Shown: in pieces, positions 49,066 to 56,988 of the stretch | How positions within the stretch are numbered: the stretch's first letter is position 1 | Layout: each line of letters opens with the position of its first letter | Source of the DNA: a virus | Direction: 5' to 3' (one strand) | Virus record (IMG/VR): IMGVR_UViG_3300037067_022550 | DNA: 64,000 nt | Notes under the pieces: model-generated | Seen by the model: the letters and a program-made list of their open reading frames with translations, nothing else | What the model was told of the DNA's origin: nothing | Database searches by the model: none | Position numbers and translations under genes: made by a program

Positions 49066-49464
49066 TTATTTGTACAATTTTAAAGATTTGAAAAATGGCT
49101 CAAAATTATCTCTAGGCTTAAATACTATGGCGACTTCCATCCCGCCTAGGCCAGACTCCACCATAATTCTGTAGTCCTTCATATTGGTTCCGTAGGTCTT
49201 GGCCTTCTCAAATTCCGTCGCAGATACCTTGCAGACAACCTTGCGAAAGGAGTTCATTGACCAATCTTGGGTTGGACATTCAACAAACACAGGCTTTTCG
49301 TCATCCTCTTTGTCATCAAAGGCATGTATTTCATTGCTTATAAACGTCAAATACCCGCTCAAGGAAGCGTGAGCAGCTGCAAGAATGGCATGACCTAAAT
49401 CAACATCGTCTCTAATAAGAATATACATTTTAGATTTATTTACACTAATATTTTGATATTTCAT
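49066..49464 (-). CDS. peptidyl-tRNA hydrolase, PTH2 family
   Basis: MYILIRDDVDLGHAILAAAHASLSGYL matches the PTH2 core (VVRxDLxMxxGKxxAQxxHA); 132 aa. Confidence 0.55.
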   Translation of the reverse strand: MKYQNISVNKSKMYILIRDDVDLGHAILAAAHASLSGYLTFISNEIHAFDDKEDDEKPVFVECPTQDWSMNSFRKVVCKVSATEFEKAKTYGTNMKDYRIMVESGLGGMEVAIVFKPRDNFEPFFKSLKLYK

Positions 49465-49483
49465 ATTTTTTAAATTATTAGTA

Positions 49484-49729
49484 TTATTTCTTTTCTACTT
49501 TTGATTTTTTTAAAATTCCATTAATCATTAATAAAGTTAAATCAGCAATAAATGTTGTTAATATTATCAATATTAGAGTTAAACTTAAATTGCATAATAA
49601 ATAATACAAAATATAAGGAAAAGAAATATCTACTTTAAAAAACGCTATTGAAAGTATTTGTCCTATAAAAATACCTACATAAATTCCACTACTTGTAAAA
49701 ACTCTTCTAATCATCGTTTTTTGGAACAT
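49484..49729 (-). CDS. small membrane protein
   Basis: Two hydrophobic helices; 81 aa. Confidence 0.35.
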   Translation of the reverse strand: MFQKTMIRRVFTSSGIYVGIFIGQILSIAFFKVDISFPYILYYLLCNLSLTLILIILTTFIADLTLLMINGILKKSKVEKK

Positions 49730-49749
49730 AGTAACTCCTTATTTATTAT

Positions 49750-50280
49750 TCAAACATAATTACCTGCATCAGTATCTTTTTTCATAGTTTTATATTTTGC
49801 ATCAGAACATGTCTTTTTAGAATTTTTATTGTGCAGAAACATATGGTCTTTATGAGATAGTAAAACACCATTAGATATTAATTTTTTTTCTGTGTCTGAT
49901 TTAGAATTAAAATAGTCAATTAAATCATCTTGACGCTCCTCATGACATTTTTTATTAGTACATTCCCATCCAATGGCATGAACATATTCTAAACTTTTTT
50001 TACCGCATTCAGGGCATTTTCTTTTTTCGTTTTTGCTATTTACACAAAGTTTACAATTGCACTCTTCTGGATACTTTTTGCCATAATTTGTTGGAGTTGA
50101 AGTAACATATAAAGGAGTATATATAATAGATAATCCGCACTTATCTATTGTTATATCTATTCCTTTTTTACGAAACCATTCTTTAGTTTCTGCCCTTAAC
50201 TTTGCAGAACCAGCCAATTCATTCATTGTCTTAAATAAATCTTTAGCTGTACAACCAATCATTTTTTTGTTTTTATTCAT
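49750..50280 (-). CDS. hypothetical Cys-rich protein
   Basis: CNCKLC...CPECGKK. Confidence 0.35.
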   Translation of the reverse strand: MNKNKKMIGCTAKDLFKTMNELAGSAKLRAETKEWFRKKGIDITIDKCGLSIIYTPLYVTSTPTNYGKKYPEECNCKLCVNSKNEKRKCPECGKKSLEYVHAIGWECTNKKCHEERQDDLIDYFNSKSDTEKKLISNGVLLSHKDHMFLHNKNSKKTCSDAKYKTMKKDTDAGNYV

Positions 50281-50366
50281 AATTCGGTCTAATCAGCTCT
50301 TTTTTATGCTTCATAAAACCATATGGTTTTTTCCACTTCTGCTTGCTTATTTTTATAGTCGCCATA

Positions 50367-50759
50367 TTATCTTCTTGTTTGATAAAATGCCCGCTCGTTT
50401 GCCTTGAATCTTTCAACATGATCGCTTGTGTCAAGACCATCGGTATTAGCAATTGTATCGTAATACCTTGTCATCTTTTCCAACAACTCTTCCTTGGTTG
50501 CAGCAAAAATAAGTTCCCCGTTTCGCATCCTGAATTGGTACAGACCATTATCGCTTGAACTCTGATTGCCACTCCAGAAACAACAACTTTCTGTTCCTGG
50601 CGTGTGGCTTGTTCCGAGAGACGAATTGATGCGACTTTCCATCACATTCAACTTTCGGTCAATTTCTGGTTCATCCCAGCCAGCCTTTCTTCCGATCAGT
50701 TCCCACTGCTGTTTGTTTATTTTTATGGCTGTCATGGTTGTTTTATCTATGCTTTTCAA
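50367..50759 (-). CDS. hypothetical protein on a GC-rich compositional island
   Basis: 130-aa ORF; local GC clearly above the window average between about 50290 and 50800. Confidence 0.4.
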   Translation of the reverse strand: MKSIDKTTMTAIKINKQQWELIGRKAGWDEPEIDRKLNVMESRINSSLGTSHTPGTESCCFWSGNQSSSDNGLYQFRMRNGELIFAATKEELLEKMTRYYDTIANTDGLDTSDHVERFKANERAFYQTRR

Positions 50760-50804
50760 TTTATTCGTATCCCAAGATTGACTAAATGTTCCTTAAAAAT
50801 ATTT

Positions 50805-51035
50805 TTAATTTGCTGGGACAACAACGCAAGTGTTTTTTTCTGTATCAATCTCAATAGTCACATATTCTCCCCATTTAATCCACCTTTTTGTTGATTCTTC
50901 AATCAACATCTTACGGCTTTCTGTTAATTCTTCAAACTCGTTTTCATCTAAGTCTTTTGGCAAATCATTATTAATTGCTTCTTGGATACTATCAGAAACT
51001 CCATCCGGATCTTTAAAAGATATTTGAAATTTCAT
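50805..51035 (-). CDS. hypothetical small acidic protein
   Basis: 76-aa ORF. Confidence 0.3.
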   Translation of the reverse strand: MKFQISFKDPDGVSDSIQEAINNDLPKDLDENEFEELTESRKMLIEESTKRWIKWGEYVTIEIDTEKNTCVVVPAN

Positions 51036-51483
51036 CTTCTACTCCTTTTATGATTACAATTAAATGCCCATGACATAGGGTAACTGTAATTTATATAGAT
51101 AGCAATTCTATATAACACAACCACTTTGTCCCATGAGTTTACTCACTTCGGAATGGAGCTGCGAAACTATAACAGAAGCTACTCTGCTAATTGTAACCAG
51201 TGCCCATTCACCCTTCTTAGTTGTTTCGATTATCATGGTCATTTTAAATTATAGACATTTTTTATTAAAAACAACCTTTTTATTTAATTTTATTTAAATA
51301 TTTGGATGTTTTCTTATTAAGTCTTTTATCAAGTCTTTTATCAACTTCTTCTTTTAACCACAATAAACCCATTGTTCCTGTGGCATCAATAAGTTTTCTA
51401 GTGCTTTCTATAATATCCTGTAAAGCAGCCTTGGTCTCTTTTGTATTTAACTTTCCCATATGTGCCTCCTTTTTTGTTATAGC

Positions 51484-52254
51484 TTAAATATGACAATCAA
51501 CACCAATAATATAATAATCTGGATATTTTTTAATAATTCTAGTTGCTTCATATAACCATTTTTCTTCATCCTTTTCATCAGAAACAATTGCCCACCATCC
51601 CATTCTTCCTTTTTCGCACCATTCCCCGTCTGGAGTAACTATTGCAAAAGGAATAATGTCTTCTGCATGATCCTGTGCGATTTTTAAATATTCCTTAACA
51701 GAAATAATATTATTACCTAATATATGATGATCTTCAGAAAAATTAAACCCACCATCATTGCTTTGCCTTCTATTATTCATTATAACACCATCATATCTAC
51801 CTCCAACCACATACCAATCCCATTTTGATTTAGGATTATATGTGCTAGACCTTTTGCCAGTTCCATTACATTCTTCACACGCAACGTTTGCCTTATTAAT
51901 GTCTGGATGACTTTCTTTTAGTAATTCTTCAGCATCAGACCTTGGTTTCATTTCTTTCTTCCATGCATTATCTATATATTTTCTGCCTTCTTTACTAAAT
52001 TGCCATTCTTTATCTTTCATCTGCGATAAAGAATTGACCCTTTCCCAAAAAATCTTTCTGTAACTTTCAATTGATCCAAATTTTTCATCCAATGTTTTAT
52101 AGATTTCTTCTTCTGCCTTTTCTCCAATACAATAGCACTCTTCATCATACGGAGCAACACTAATATTTTCATTATATGGTGACATAAGATTTTTCAACTC
52201 TTCGTCAGCATTATTAATGTCCTTAACAATAACCCCAACAAGAAAATGACTCAT
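51484..52254 (-). CDS. hypothetical protein
   Basis: 256-aa ORF. Confidence 0.4.
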   Translation of the reverse strand: MSHFLVGVIVKDINNADEELKNLMSPYNENISVAPYDEECYCIGEKAEEEIYKTLDEKFGSIESYRKIFWERVNSLSQMKDKEWQFSKEGRKYIDNAWKKEMKPRSDAEELLKESHPDINKANVACEECNGTGKRSSTYNPKSKWDWYVVGGRYDGVIMNNRRQSNDGGFNFSEDHHILGNNIISVKEYLKIAQDHAEDIIPFAIVTPDGEWCEKGRMGWWAIVSDEKDEEKWLYEATRIIKKYPDYYIIGVDCHI

Positions 52255-52307
52255 AATTTGATCTCCTTATTTGATACTATTTTTAAAAAAAATCCACCAA
52301 TTAAACA

Positions 52308-52817
52308 TTATATCATATCTGCTCTTGCTGCTAAAGCATAATGAGCTAAACGATATTTGTCCTTTAAAGAACATTCCTTAAGATTGAACATGTTATCTTC
52401 CAAATCAAAAATTTTTATTTCCCGATATGGAGTTTGTTTTATTCTCATAATAAAATCATAATAGTTTTCATGTTCCCTTCTTGTAAGAGCCTCAAATCCT
52501 TCAATAATATATGAAGTAAAAAACTCCTTAACATCTTCTATTTTCGTTTTTGTATCTTCAAAAACATCGTGGCACAAAGCAATAGCAATATTTTCATCAA
52601 GCCTATCAAACATTTCAGCAGTAGGTAATGCATACATAGGTTGAATAAAAATCTTCCAAGCTACTCTAACAGGATGATTAATATAATCTTCATTTATAAA
52701 TTTTCTTTTTTGTCCTCTATGAGAGATGTCTGCAATAGAAAGAGCTTTTAAACTATATTTAAACTTTTGCTCTTTTTTCTTTAACTCTTCGTAAAAATCT
52801 GTTGTTTTTTTATTCAA
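52308..52817 (-). CDS. HD-domain small alarmone hydrolase (SpoT/Mesh1-like (p)ppGpp pyrophosphohydrolase)
   Basis: HRGQKRKFINEDYINHPVRVA...AIALCHDVFEDT parallels the SpoT HD motif RKGSGEPYITHPLAVA...ALLHDVIEDT. Confidence 0.55.
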   Translation of the reverse strand: MNKKTTDFYEELKKKEQKFKYSLKALSIADISHRGQKRKFINEDYINHPVRVAWKIFIQPMYALPTAEMFDRLDENIAIALCHDVFEDTKTKIEDVKEFFTSYIIEGFEALTRREHENYYDFIMRIKQTPYREIKIFDLEDNMFNLKECSLKDKYRLAHYALAARADMI

Positions 52818-53220
52818 TTATTTTTCCTTTATAAAAGTTTTTTATATAATTTTCAAGATCTTTTGCAACATCAAATAGCTTAGTTGCAGATGCCCCAAAA
52901 CATGATGATGAATCAGACCAATTTGCTAAATCAATTACTTGTTTATGCTTCTCTTTTAAAATATTCAATGTTTTTTGACAATCATGATTTTTCCATCTGG
53001 CGATAGCACGATCAGCAACAACAGGATGAGACTGACATAAAACGATAACATCCTCAGAATCAACATCTTCCCAAAGCATATCCCCTTCAACTGATACAAG
53101 AATAAAAGGTTTTATGTTTGCAATAATAGCACAAGGATATAAATTACTACCACTATGAAGTATTAAGGATTCACTAATACCGCTTATTCTACGTGGAATA
53201 ACAACATCTCCAATTTCCAT
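52810..53220 (-). CDS. hypothetical protein
   Basis: 136-aa ORF. Confidence 0.35.
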   Translation of the reverse strand: MEIGDVVIPRRISGISESLILHSGSNLYPCAIIANIKPFILVSVEGDMLWEDVDSEDVIVLCQSHPVVADRAIARWKNHDCQKTLNILKEKHKQVIDLANWSDSSSCFGASATKLFDVAKDLENYIKNFYKGKIIE

Positions 53221-53425
53221 AATATTTCCCTTTCCTTCATTTATTTACTACAAAATAACATGCTATATAAAATTGTCAAGAAAAAAGTTACAATTTTAAA
53301 AAAAACTATTCTTCGGACATAATGTTCCATTGTTATGCCAAAAATATGTTCTAAAATGACCGTGGAAGAGCTAAAACTAGTCAATATAGACATAATATGA
53401 TAATTGAATATTTTGTATTTAAACC

Positions 53426-53896
53426 TTATCTAACTCTATTTTTGTGAGAATCTTTATGACAACGTAAACAAAGCGTTCTATAATTTTCTAAACCACAGCA
53501 TCCACCACCTTGTGATACAGGAATTATGTGGTCTGCTTCCCAAAATACATAATTTTTAGTATGCCACGGACCCCAATATTTCTTGAACTCAAAATAATTC
53601 CAAGACAACCTTTTTATGTTTATAGCCTCTTTTCTAATTTCGTTGGTGTCAATTCCACACAAAGAGCATATTCCGTGGTCTCTATTAAAAACATAATAAC
53701 TAACATATGAGCCAGTATACCTAATATTGGCTTCTTCTTGGCAAGCATCTGAACAATACTTAAGCCCTTTGCGACCTTTTCCACCACACCAAGCACAAGA
53801 ATCTGGATACCTAATTAGATCTTTTAACGGCTTCAAAAACCTTTGAAATCTCAACTTGTATAGAATATCTTTTACTTCTGGACGTGGAGTAATCAT
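53426..53896 (-). CDS. HNH endonuclease
   Basis: ADHIIPVSQGG...NYRTLCLRCH plus upstream CxxC pairs. Confidence 0.6.
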   Translation of the reverse strand: MITPRPEVKDILYKLRFQRFLKPLKDLIRYPDSCAWCGGKGRKGLKYCSDACQEEANIRYTGSYVSYYVFNRDHGICSLCGIDTNEIRKEAINIKRLSWNYFEFKKYWGPWHTKNYVFWEADHIIPVSQGGGCCGLENYRTLCLRCHKDSHKNRVR

Positions 53897-53941
53897 ATGT
53901 TCATTATACTACAAAACATAAATAATTGATATTTTTTAAAT

Positions 53942-54018
53942 TGGTGGAACCAGTGGAAGTTGAATCCACACTTACAGGGTGCAGACCTGTCGTGCTATCC
54001 GTTGAACACTATGGCCCC
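53942..54018 (-). tRNA. tRNA-Ala (UGC) with G3:U70; unusual C at position 33
   Basis: Acceptor GGGGCCA/TGGTTCC, anticodon stem ACAGG/CCTGT with loop TCTGCAC, and T-arm GTGGATTCAACTTCCAC. Confidence 0.55.
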
Positions 54019-54028
54019 AAAATTAAAC

Positions 54029-54105
54029 TGGAGCGGGAAACGGGAGTCGAACCCGTACCTGAACTTAGGCAAAGTCCCATGCTAACCATTGAACACCATT
54101 CCCGC
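54029..54105 (-). tRNA. tRNA-Gly (GCC)
   Basis: Anticodon loop TTGCCTA; T-arm ACGGGTTCGACTCCCGT. Confidence 0.6.
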
Positions 54106-54114
54106 ACTAAAAAT

Positions 54115-54197
54115 TGGTGGGCGGAGTGGGACTCGAACCCACGACGCTTACGCAACAGGGTGTAGACCTGTCCTCCTAGCCACTAGAGTACCCGCCC
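54115..54197 (-). tRNA. tRNA, anticodon UAC (Val?) with C33 and an extended variable region
   Basis: Acceptor GGGCGGG/CCCGCCC, anticodon arm ACAGG-TCTACAC-CCTGT, variable region about 12 nt, and T-arm GTGGGTTCGAGTCCCAC. Confidence 0.45.
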
Positions 54198-54250
54198 AAA
54201 AATTGTTTTATCATTATGTATTATACAAAAAAACATTTATTTCTTCATGA

Positions 54251-54324
54251 AGCCCAAGGAGGGATTTGAACCCCCAACATTCTCAGTACGAAAGAGATGT
54301 TCTACCAATTAGAACTACTTGGGC
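54251..54324 (-). tRNA. tRNA-Thr (CGU)
   Basis: D-arm GTTC/GAAC, anticodon loop TTCGTAC, T-arm GGGGGTTCAAATCCCTC; CCA not encoded. Confidence 0.55.
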
Positions 54325-54331
54325 AAAAAAA

Positions 54332-54406
54332 TGGAGCCGCAAATTGGATTTGAACCAATGACCCCGATCTTACCAAGATCGTATTCTGCCCCTGAACTAT
54401 TGCGGC
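54332..54406 (-). tRNA. tRNA-Thr (GGU)
   Basis: Anticodon stem CGATC/GATCG with loop TTGGTAA. Confidence 0.6.
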
Positions 54407-54432
54407 ATTAAATTATTTCATTTCAATTTGTA

Positions 54433-54469
54433 GCTGAAGTCTGGAATTGAACCCACAAGCATCTTCAGC
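54433..54469 (-). other. tRNA-like minihelix / truncated tRNA remnant (acceptor-like 7-bp stem + T-arm-like loop)
   Basis: GCTGAAG-(TCTGGAATTGAACCCACAAGCAT)-CTTCAGC; too short for a full tRNA. Confidence 0.3.
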
Positions 54470-54474
54470 AAAAT

Positions 54475-54549
54475 TGGTACTCCCATCGGGACTCGAACCC
54501 GCTTCACCAGATTAAAAGTCTGGTACTTCACCATAAAAGCTTTGGGAGC
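54475..54549 (-). tRNA. tRNA-Lys (UUU)
   Basis: Anticodon stem CCAGA/TCTGG with loop CTTTTAA; G1:U72. Confidence 0.6.
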
Positions 54550-54555
54550 AAAAAA

Positions 54556-54631
54556 TGGTGATTGCGGGGGGACTTGAACCCCCAGCGTCCAGGGTAAGAA
54601 CCTGGCACTCTGCCAATTGAGTTACGCAACC
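54556..54631 (-). tRNA. tRNA-Lys (CUU)
   Basis: Anticodon stem CCAGG/CCTGG with loop TTCTTAC; T-arm GGGGGTTCAAGTCCCCC. Confidence 0.65.
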
Positions 54632-54636
54632 GAAAA

Positions 54637-54714
54637 TGGTGGGTGCTGTGGGATTTTGACCCACGACTCCCAGGGTAAAAACCTGGTACTCTGTTCATGC
54701 TGAGTTAAGCACCC
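54637..54714 (-). tRNA. tRNA-Lys (UUU), paralog of preceding gene
   Basis: Same anticodon stem, with loop TTTTTAC. Confidence 0.65.
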
Positions 54715-54721
54715 GAAAAAT

Positions 54722-54795
54722 TGGAGCTGGCGGCGGGTACGAGACCGCATAATCCTCATTACAAGAGAGGCACATAACCTTTCTGTCACGCCAGC
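54722..54795 (-). tRNA. tRNA-Thr (UGU), irregular T-arm
   Basis: Perfect acceptor GCTGGCG/CGCCAGC; anticodon loop CTTGTAA; T-loop region non-canonical. Confidence 0.45.
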
Positions 54796-54799
54796 ATAA

Positions 54800-55429
54800 T
54801 TAATAACTTTTTTCACTTTGATATCTAAGTTTTCTATAAAATCTTCCGTTTCCTCTGTTCTTTCCTTTATATGTTGATGTTTGCATATCACAATTTCCGC
54901 ATATTAATCTTAAATTTAAAATACTCCAATTAGTAGAATTACCGTCTATGTGGTCTAACACTAAAGGAACTTCTTTTCCCATCCATTCTGTTGTTCCGCA
55001 TATTGTGCATTTTCCACCTTTAGTTTCTTTTAAATATCTTCTTGCAACTTTAGAATTAAAAATAGGATTTAAAAAAGCATTTCCTTTTGATTCTATTGCT
55101 TTCTTTTTTAAACTCCACTCAAAATCCTTTTGACATTTAATAGTACAATATTTTCTATTGGAAAATAATAATTTTTTACCACAAAATAAACAATTAGATG
55201 GTTCTTCTCCGTGTCTTCTTACTCCTTTGTTATTAAATGAAGCAGCACAAGAATGATTACAAAAAGTTAAACGTCTTTTTTTATATGATAAAACAGAATT
55301 GCAGAATTTACATATTTTGGGATTTGAAATATAATTTTCTCTAAACTTTTTAAATCTTTCTTGATTTTTAATATTAGATTTTTCTGATCCAATCTTACCA
55401 GCTTCCGAACAACTCATTCCTTTTCTCAT
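54800..55429 (-). CDS. HNH homing endonuclease embedded in tRNA array
   Basis: CTICGTTEWMGKEVPLVLDHIDGNSTNWSILNLRLICGNCD plus several CxxC. Confidence 0.6.
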   Translation of the reverse strand: MRKGMSCSEAGKIGSEKSNIKNQERFKKFRENYISNPKICKFCNSVLSYKKRRLTFCNHSCAASFNNKGVRRHGEEPSNCLFCGKKLLFSNRKYCTIKCQKDFEWSLKKKAIESKGNAFLNPIFNSKVARRYLKETKGGKCTICGTTEWMGKEVPLVLDHIDGNSTNWSILNLRLICGNCDMQTSTYKGKNRGNGRFYRKLRYQSEKSY

Positions 55430-55518
55430 TTTTGAACTCCTTATCAGTTGTTAATATACAACTGCTATATGGTTCAAAAATGATTTGTGGCTAACCTGCT
55501 TTTATTTTTCAACAAAAA

Positions 55519-55592
55519 TGGAGCGTCCCAACGGATTTGAACCGTCTCCCAGACCTTGGAAGGGTCTAATGCTACCGTTACACCAGGGACGC
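55519..55592 (-). tRNA. tRNA-Gly (UCC)
   Basis: Anticodon stem AGACC/GGTCT with loop CTTCCAA. Confidence 0.6.
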
Positions 55593-55618
55593 ATCTTTTC
55601 ATTATACAACAAAATAAT

Positions 55619-55697
55619 TGGAGCACCTAATGGGATTTGAACCCATACCATCAGCTTGGAAGGCTGTCATGCTAGATCCGTTGAACACCATAGGTGC
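55619..55697 (-). tRNA. tRNA-Gly (UCC), second copy with longer D-region
   Basis: Anticodon stem CAGC/GCTG with loop CTTCCAA; T-arm ATGGGTTCAAATCCCAT. Confidence 0.5.
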
Positions 55698-55706
55698 ATT
55701 TAAAAA

Positions 55707-55791
55707 TGGTAGGGGGGCGGTATTTATCCAATTATGTGCATTTAAAGCCTCTTGGTTATGAGCCAAGCGATAAAAGCTTTACCTACCCCGC
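55707..55791 (-). tRNA. aberrant tRNA-like element with CAU anticodon arm (possible pseudo-tRNA)
   Basis: Clean anticodon arm CTTGG-CTCATAA-CCAAG, but no canonical T-arm and an acceptor with a 5' extension. Confidence 0.3.
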
Positions 55792-55956
55792 TATAAACTT
55801 TTCAGGGATTTCACGAAATGTTCCACTGTTGGCGACCCGACCGCCATCTTCCTGGTGACCCAGGCGTGCTCCATACACCACGTAGCGTCTATCCTTTTTA
55901 GGTTACTGCCCTTTAGTTCGTCAACTTTCAGGCACACCTCTTGCAAGATTTCAAAT

Positions 55957-56033
55957 TGGTAACGGGGGCCGGATTTGAACCGGCGACCTACAGGTTATGA
56001 GCCTGCCGAGCTACCAGGCTGCTCCACCCCGTA
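55957..56033 (-). tRNA. initiator tRNA-fMet (CAU)
   Basis: Near-identity to bacterial tRNA-fMet (GGGGTGGAGCAGCCTGGTAGCTCG...CTCATAACC...GGTTCAAATCCGGCCCCCG) with a 1:72 mismatch. Confidence 0.8.
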
Positions 56034-56041
56034 ATATTAAA

Positions 56042-56118
56042 TGGTAGCAGGGATGGGACTTGAACCCACAACCTACGGGTTATGAGCCCGTGAAGCTTCC
56101 TATTGCTAGCACCCTGCA
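56042..56118 (-). tRNA. tRNA-Met or tRNA-Ile2 (CAU)
   Basis: Anticodon stem CGGG/CCCG with loop CTCATAA; T-arm GTGGGTTCAAGTCCCAT. Confidence 0.6.
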
Positions 56119-56129
56119 AATCAGTAAAA

Positions 56130-56205
56130 TGGTGCCGGGGAGGGGAATTGAACCCCTGATCTTTCGGGTATGAGCCGAACGTCTTGCACACTCGACCACC
56201 CCGGC
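56130..56205 (-). tRNA. tRNA-Met or tRNA-Ile2 (CAU)
   Basis: Anticodon stem TTCGG/CCGAA with loop CTCATAC; T-arm AGGGGTTCAATTCCCCT. Confidence 0.6.
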
Positions 56206-56320
56206 AAAAATATTCAATTATCAAAGAACTGCAAATCCATTTGTAAACTTTACCGTTAGGGAACTTTTTAAATATATTTTTCCAATTAGAACAAAATATT
56301 CCCGAAAGGCAACTAAAAGC

Positions 56321-56348
56321 AAAAAAGCCTCGCATTATCTGCGAGGCT
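56321..56348 (-). terminator. rho-independent terminator of the ncRNA transcript
   Basis: Minus strand reads GCCTCGCAGATAATGCGAGGC followed by TTTTTT. Confidence 0.7.
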
Positions 56349-56774
56349 GCTCTACTAAATTCTACTTTATCTGTTTGGGTTACAGCAAAGCAGAGAGCCC
56401 CGCGAGAGAACCGGCTGTGGTTCCCTTCGTTGCTTTCCCTTTTACTGTAACCATTAAGTACATTGAATGCTTCACCTATTTATTAATTGTAATTAAACTA
56501 AAGCAATCAGGGATGCTTTCGCACCATCAGCCGTACACTTACAACTGTCCCAACTGCACTAACCTTACTCTGCTGACCTACCTTGCTGAACTCTGCCTGT
56601 CAACCTACTCTGACTTGCACCGCCTTACTTTTCAACTGCGGGTTGCTAGGCATCCCTGTTGTCGCTTGGCGTTTTCTTTCATCTTCAAATACAGGTTGTC
56701 AACACCATTACATGTTGTCATCAGCCCCTTTTTCGATATTTGAAGACAATCATCTTTTCTTTACTAATTGTTAT
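56321..56774 (-). ncRNA. structured GC-rich non-coding RNA of about 450 nt (family unknown; GOLLD/ROOL-like context)
   Basis: No credible ORF on either strand. GC far above background. Consensus promoters immediately upstream and a terminator downstream on the minus strand. Long-range complementarity CAGGGATGC...GCATCCCTG. Confidence 0.5.
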
Positions 56775-56780
56775 ACTACA

Positions 56781-56809
56781 TTTATACAACAAAATCCTTT
56801 ATTTGTCAA
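56781..56809 (-). promoter_or_regulatory. sigma70-type promoter TTGACA-N17-TATAAA (cassette copy 2)
   Basis: Minus strand reads TTGACAAATAAAGGATTTTGTTGTATAAA with an upstream A/T UP element. Confidence 0.6.
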
Positions 56810-56942
56810 GATTTATTTTAAAATATTTTCAAATCAAATAATAATATAATTGATGGCGAATCTTATTTTTATGACCTTCTTTCTTATCTCTGGGAACGGT
56901 CAAGCCAGCGACCATCAATATTATTTACTCCTTTTGCTTTCA

Positions 56943-56970
56943 TTTATACCACAAAGCAATTCTTTGTCAA
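56943..56970 (-). promoter_or_regulatory. sigma70-type promoter TTGACA-N16-TATAAA (cassette copy 3)
   Basis: Minus strand reads TTGACAAAGAATTGCTTTGTGGTATAAAT. Confidence 0.55.
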
Positions 56971-56988
56971 GATTTATTTTAAAATATT

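Noticed and set aside
53926-54165. Plus-strand 79-aa ORF overlapping tRNA-Ala and tRNA-Gly
   Set aside because: It lies entirely over minus-strand tRNA genes; the open frame is a by-product of tRNA sequence.
54622-54891. Minus-strand 89-aa ORF overlapping two tRNAs
   Set aside because: It overlaps tRNA-Lys and tRNA-Thr and has no RBS; spurious.
55800-55960. SRP (4.5S) RNA hypothesis based on a CCAGGAAGAUGGCGG-like segment
   Set aside because: Only loose resemblance to the domain IV GGAAGCAGCC motif; the helix 8 symmetric-loop pairing could not be reconstructed.
55988-56335. Minus-strand 115-aa ORF across the fMet/Met/CAU tRNAs
   Set aside because: It is composed of tRNA sequence (translation shows tRNA-derived low-complexity); spurious.
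56321-56774. tmRNA hypothesis for the GGGGCUGAU-initiated transcript
   Set aside because: The 5' GGGGCUGAU resembles the tmRNA start. There is no tRNA-like T-arm and acceptor 3' end, no recognisable tag reading frame, and the RNA ends in an intrinsic terminator.
56375-56849. Plus-strand ORFs (122, 88 and 60 aa) inside the GC-rich ncRNA region
   Set aside because: They sit on the strand opposite the strong promoters and terminator, with no RBS and low-complexity proline- and leucine-rich translation. The region is better explained as structured RNA.
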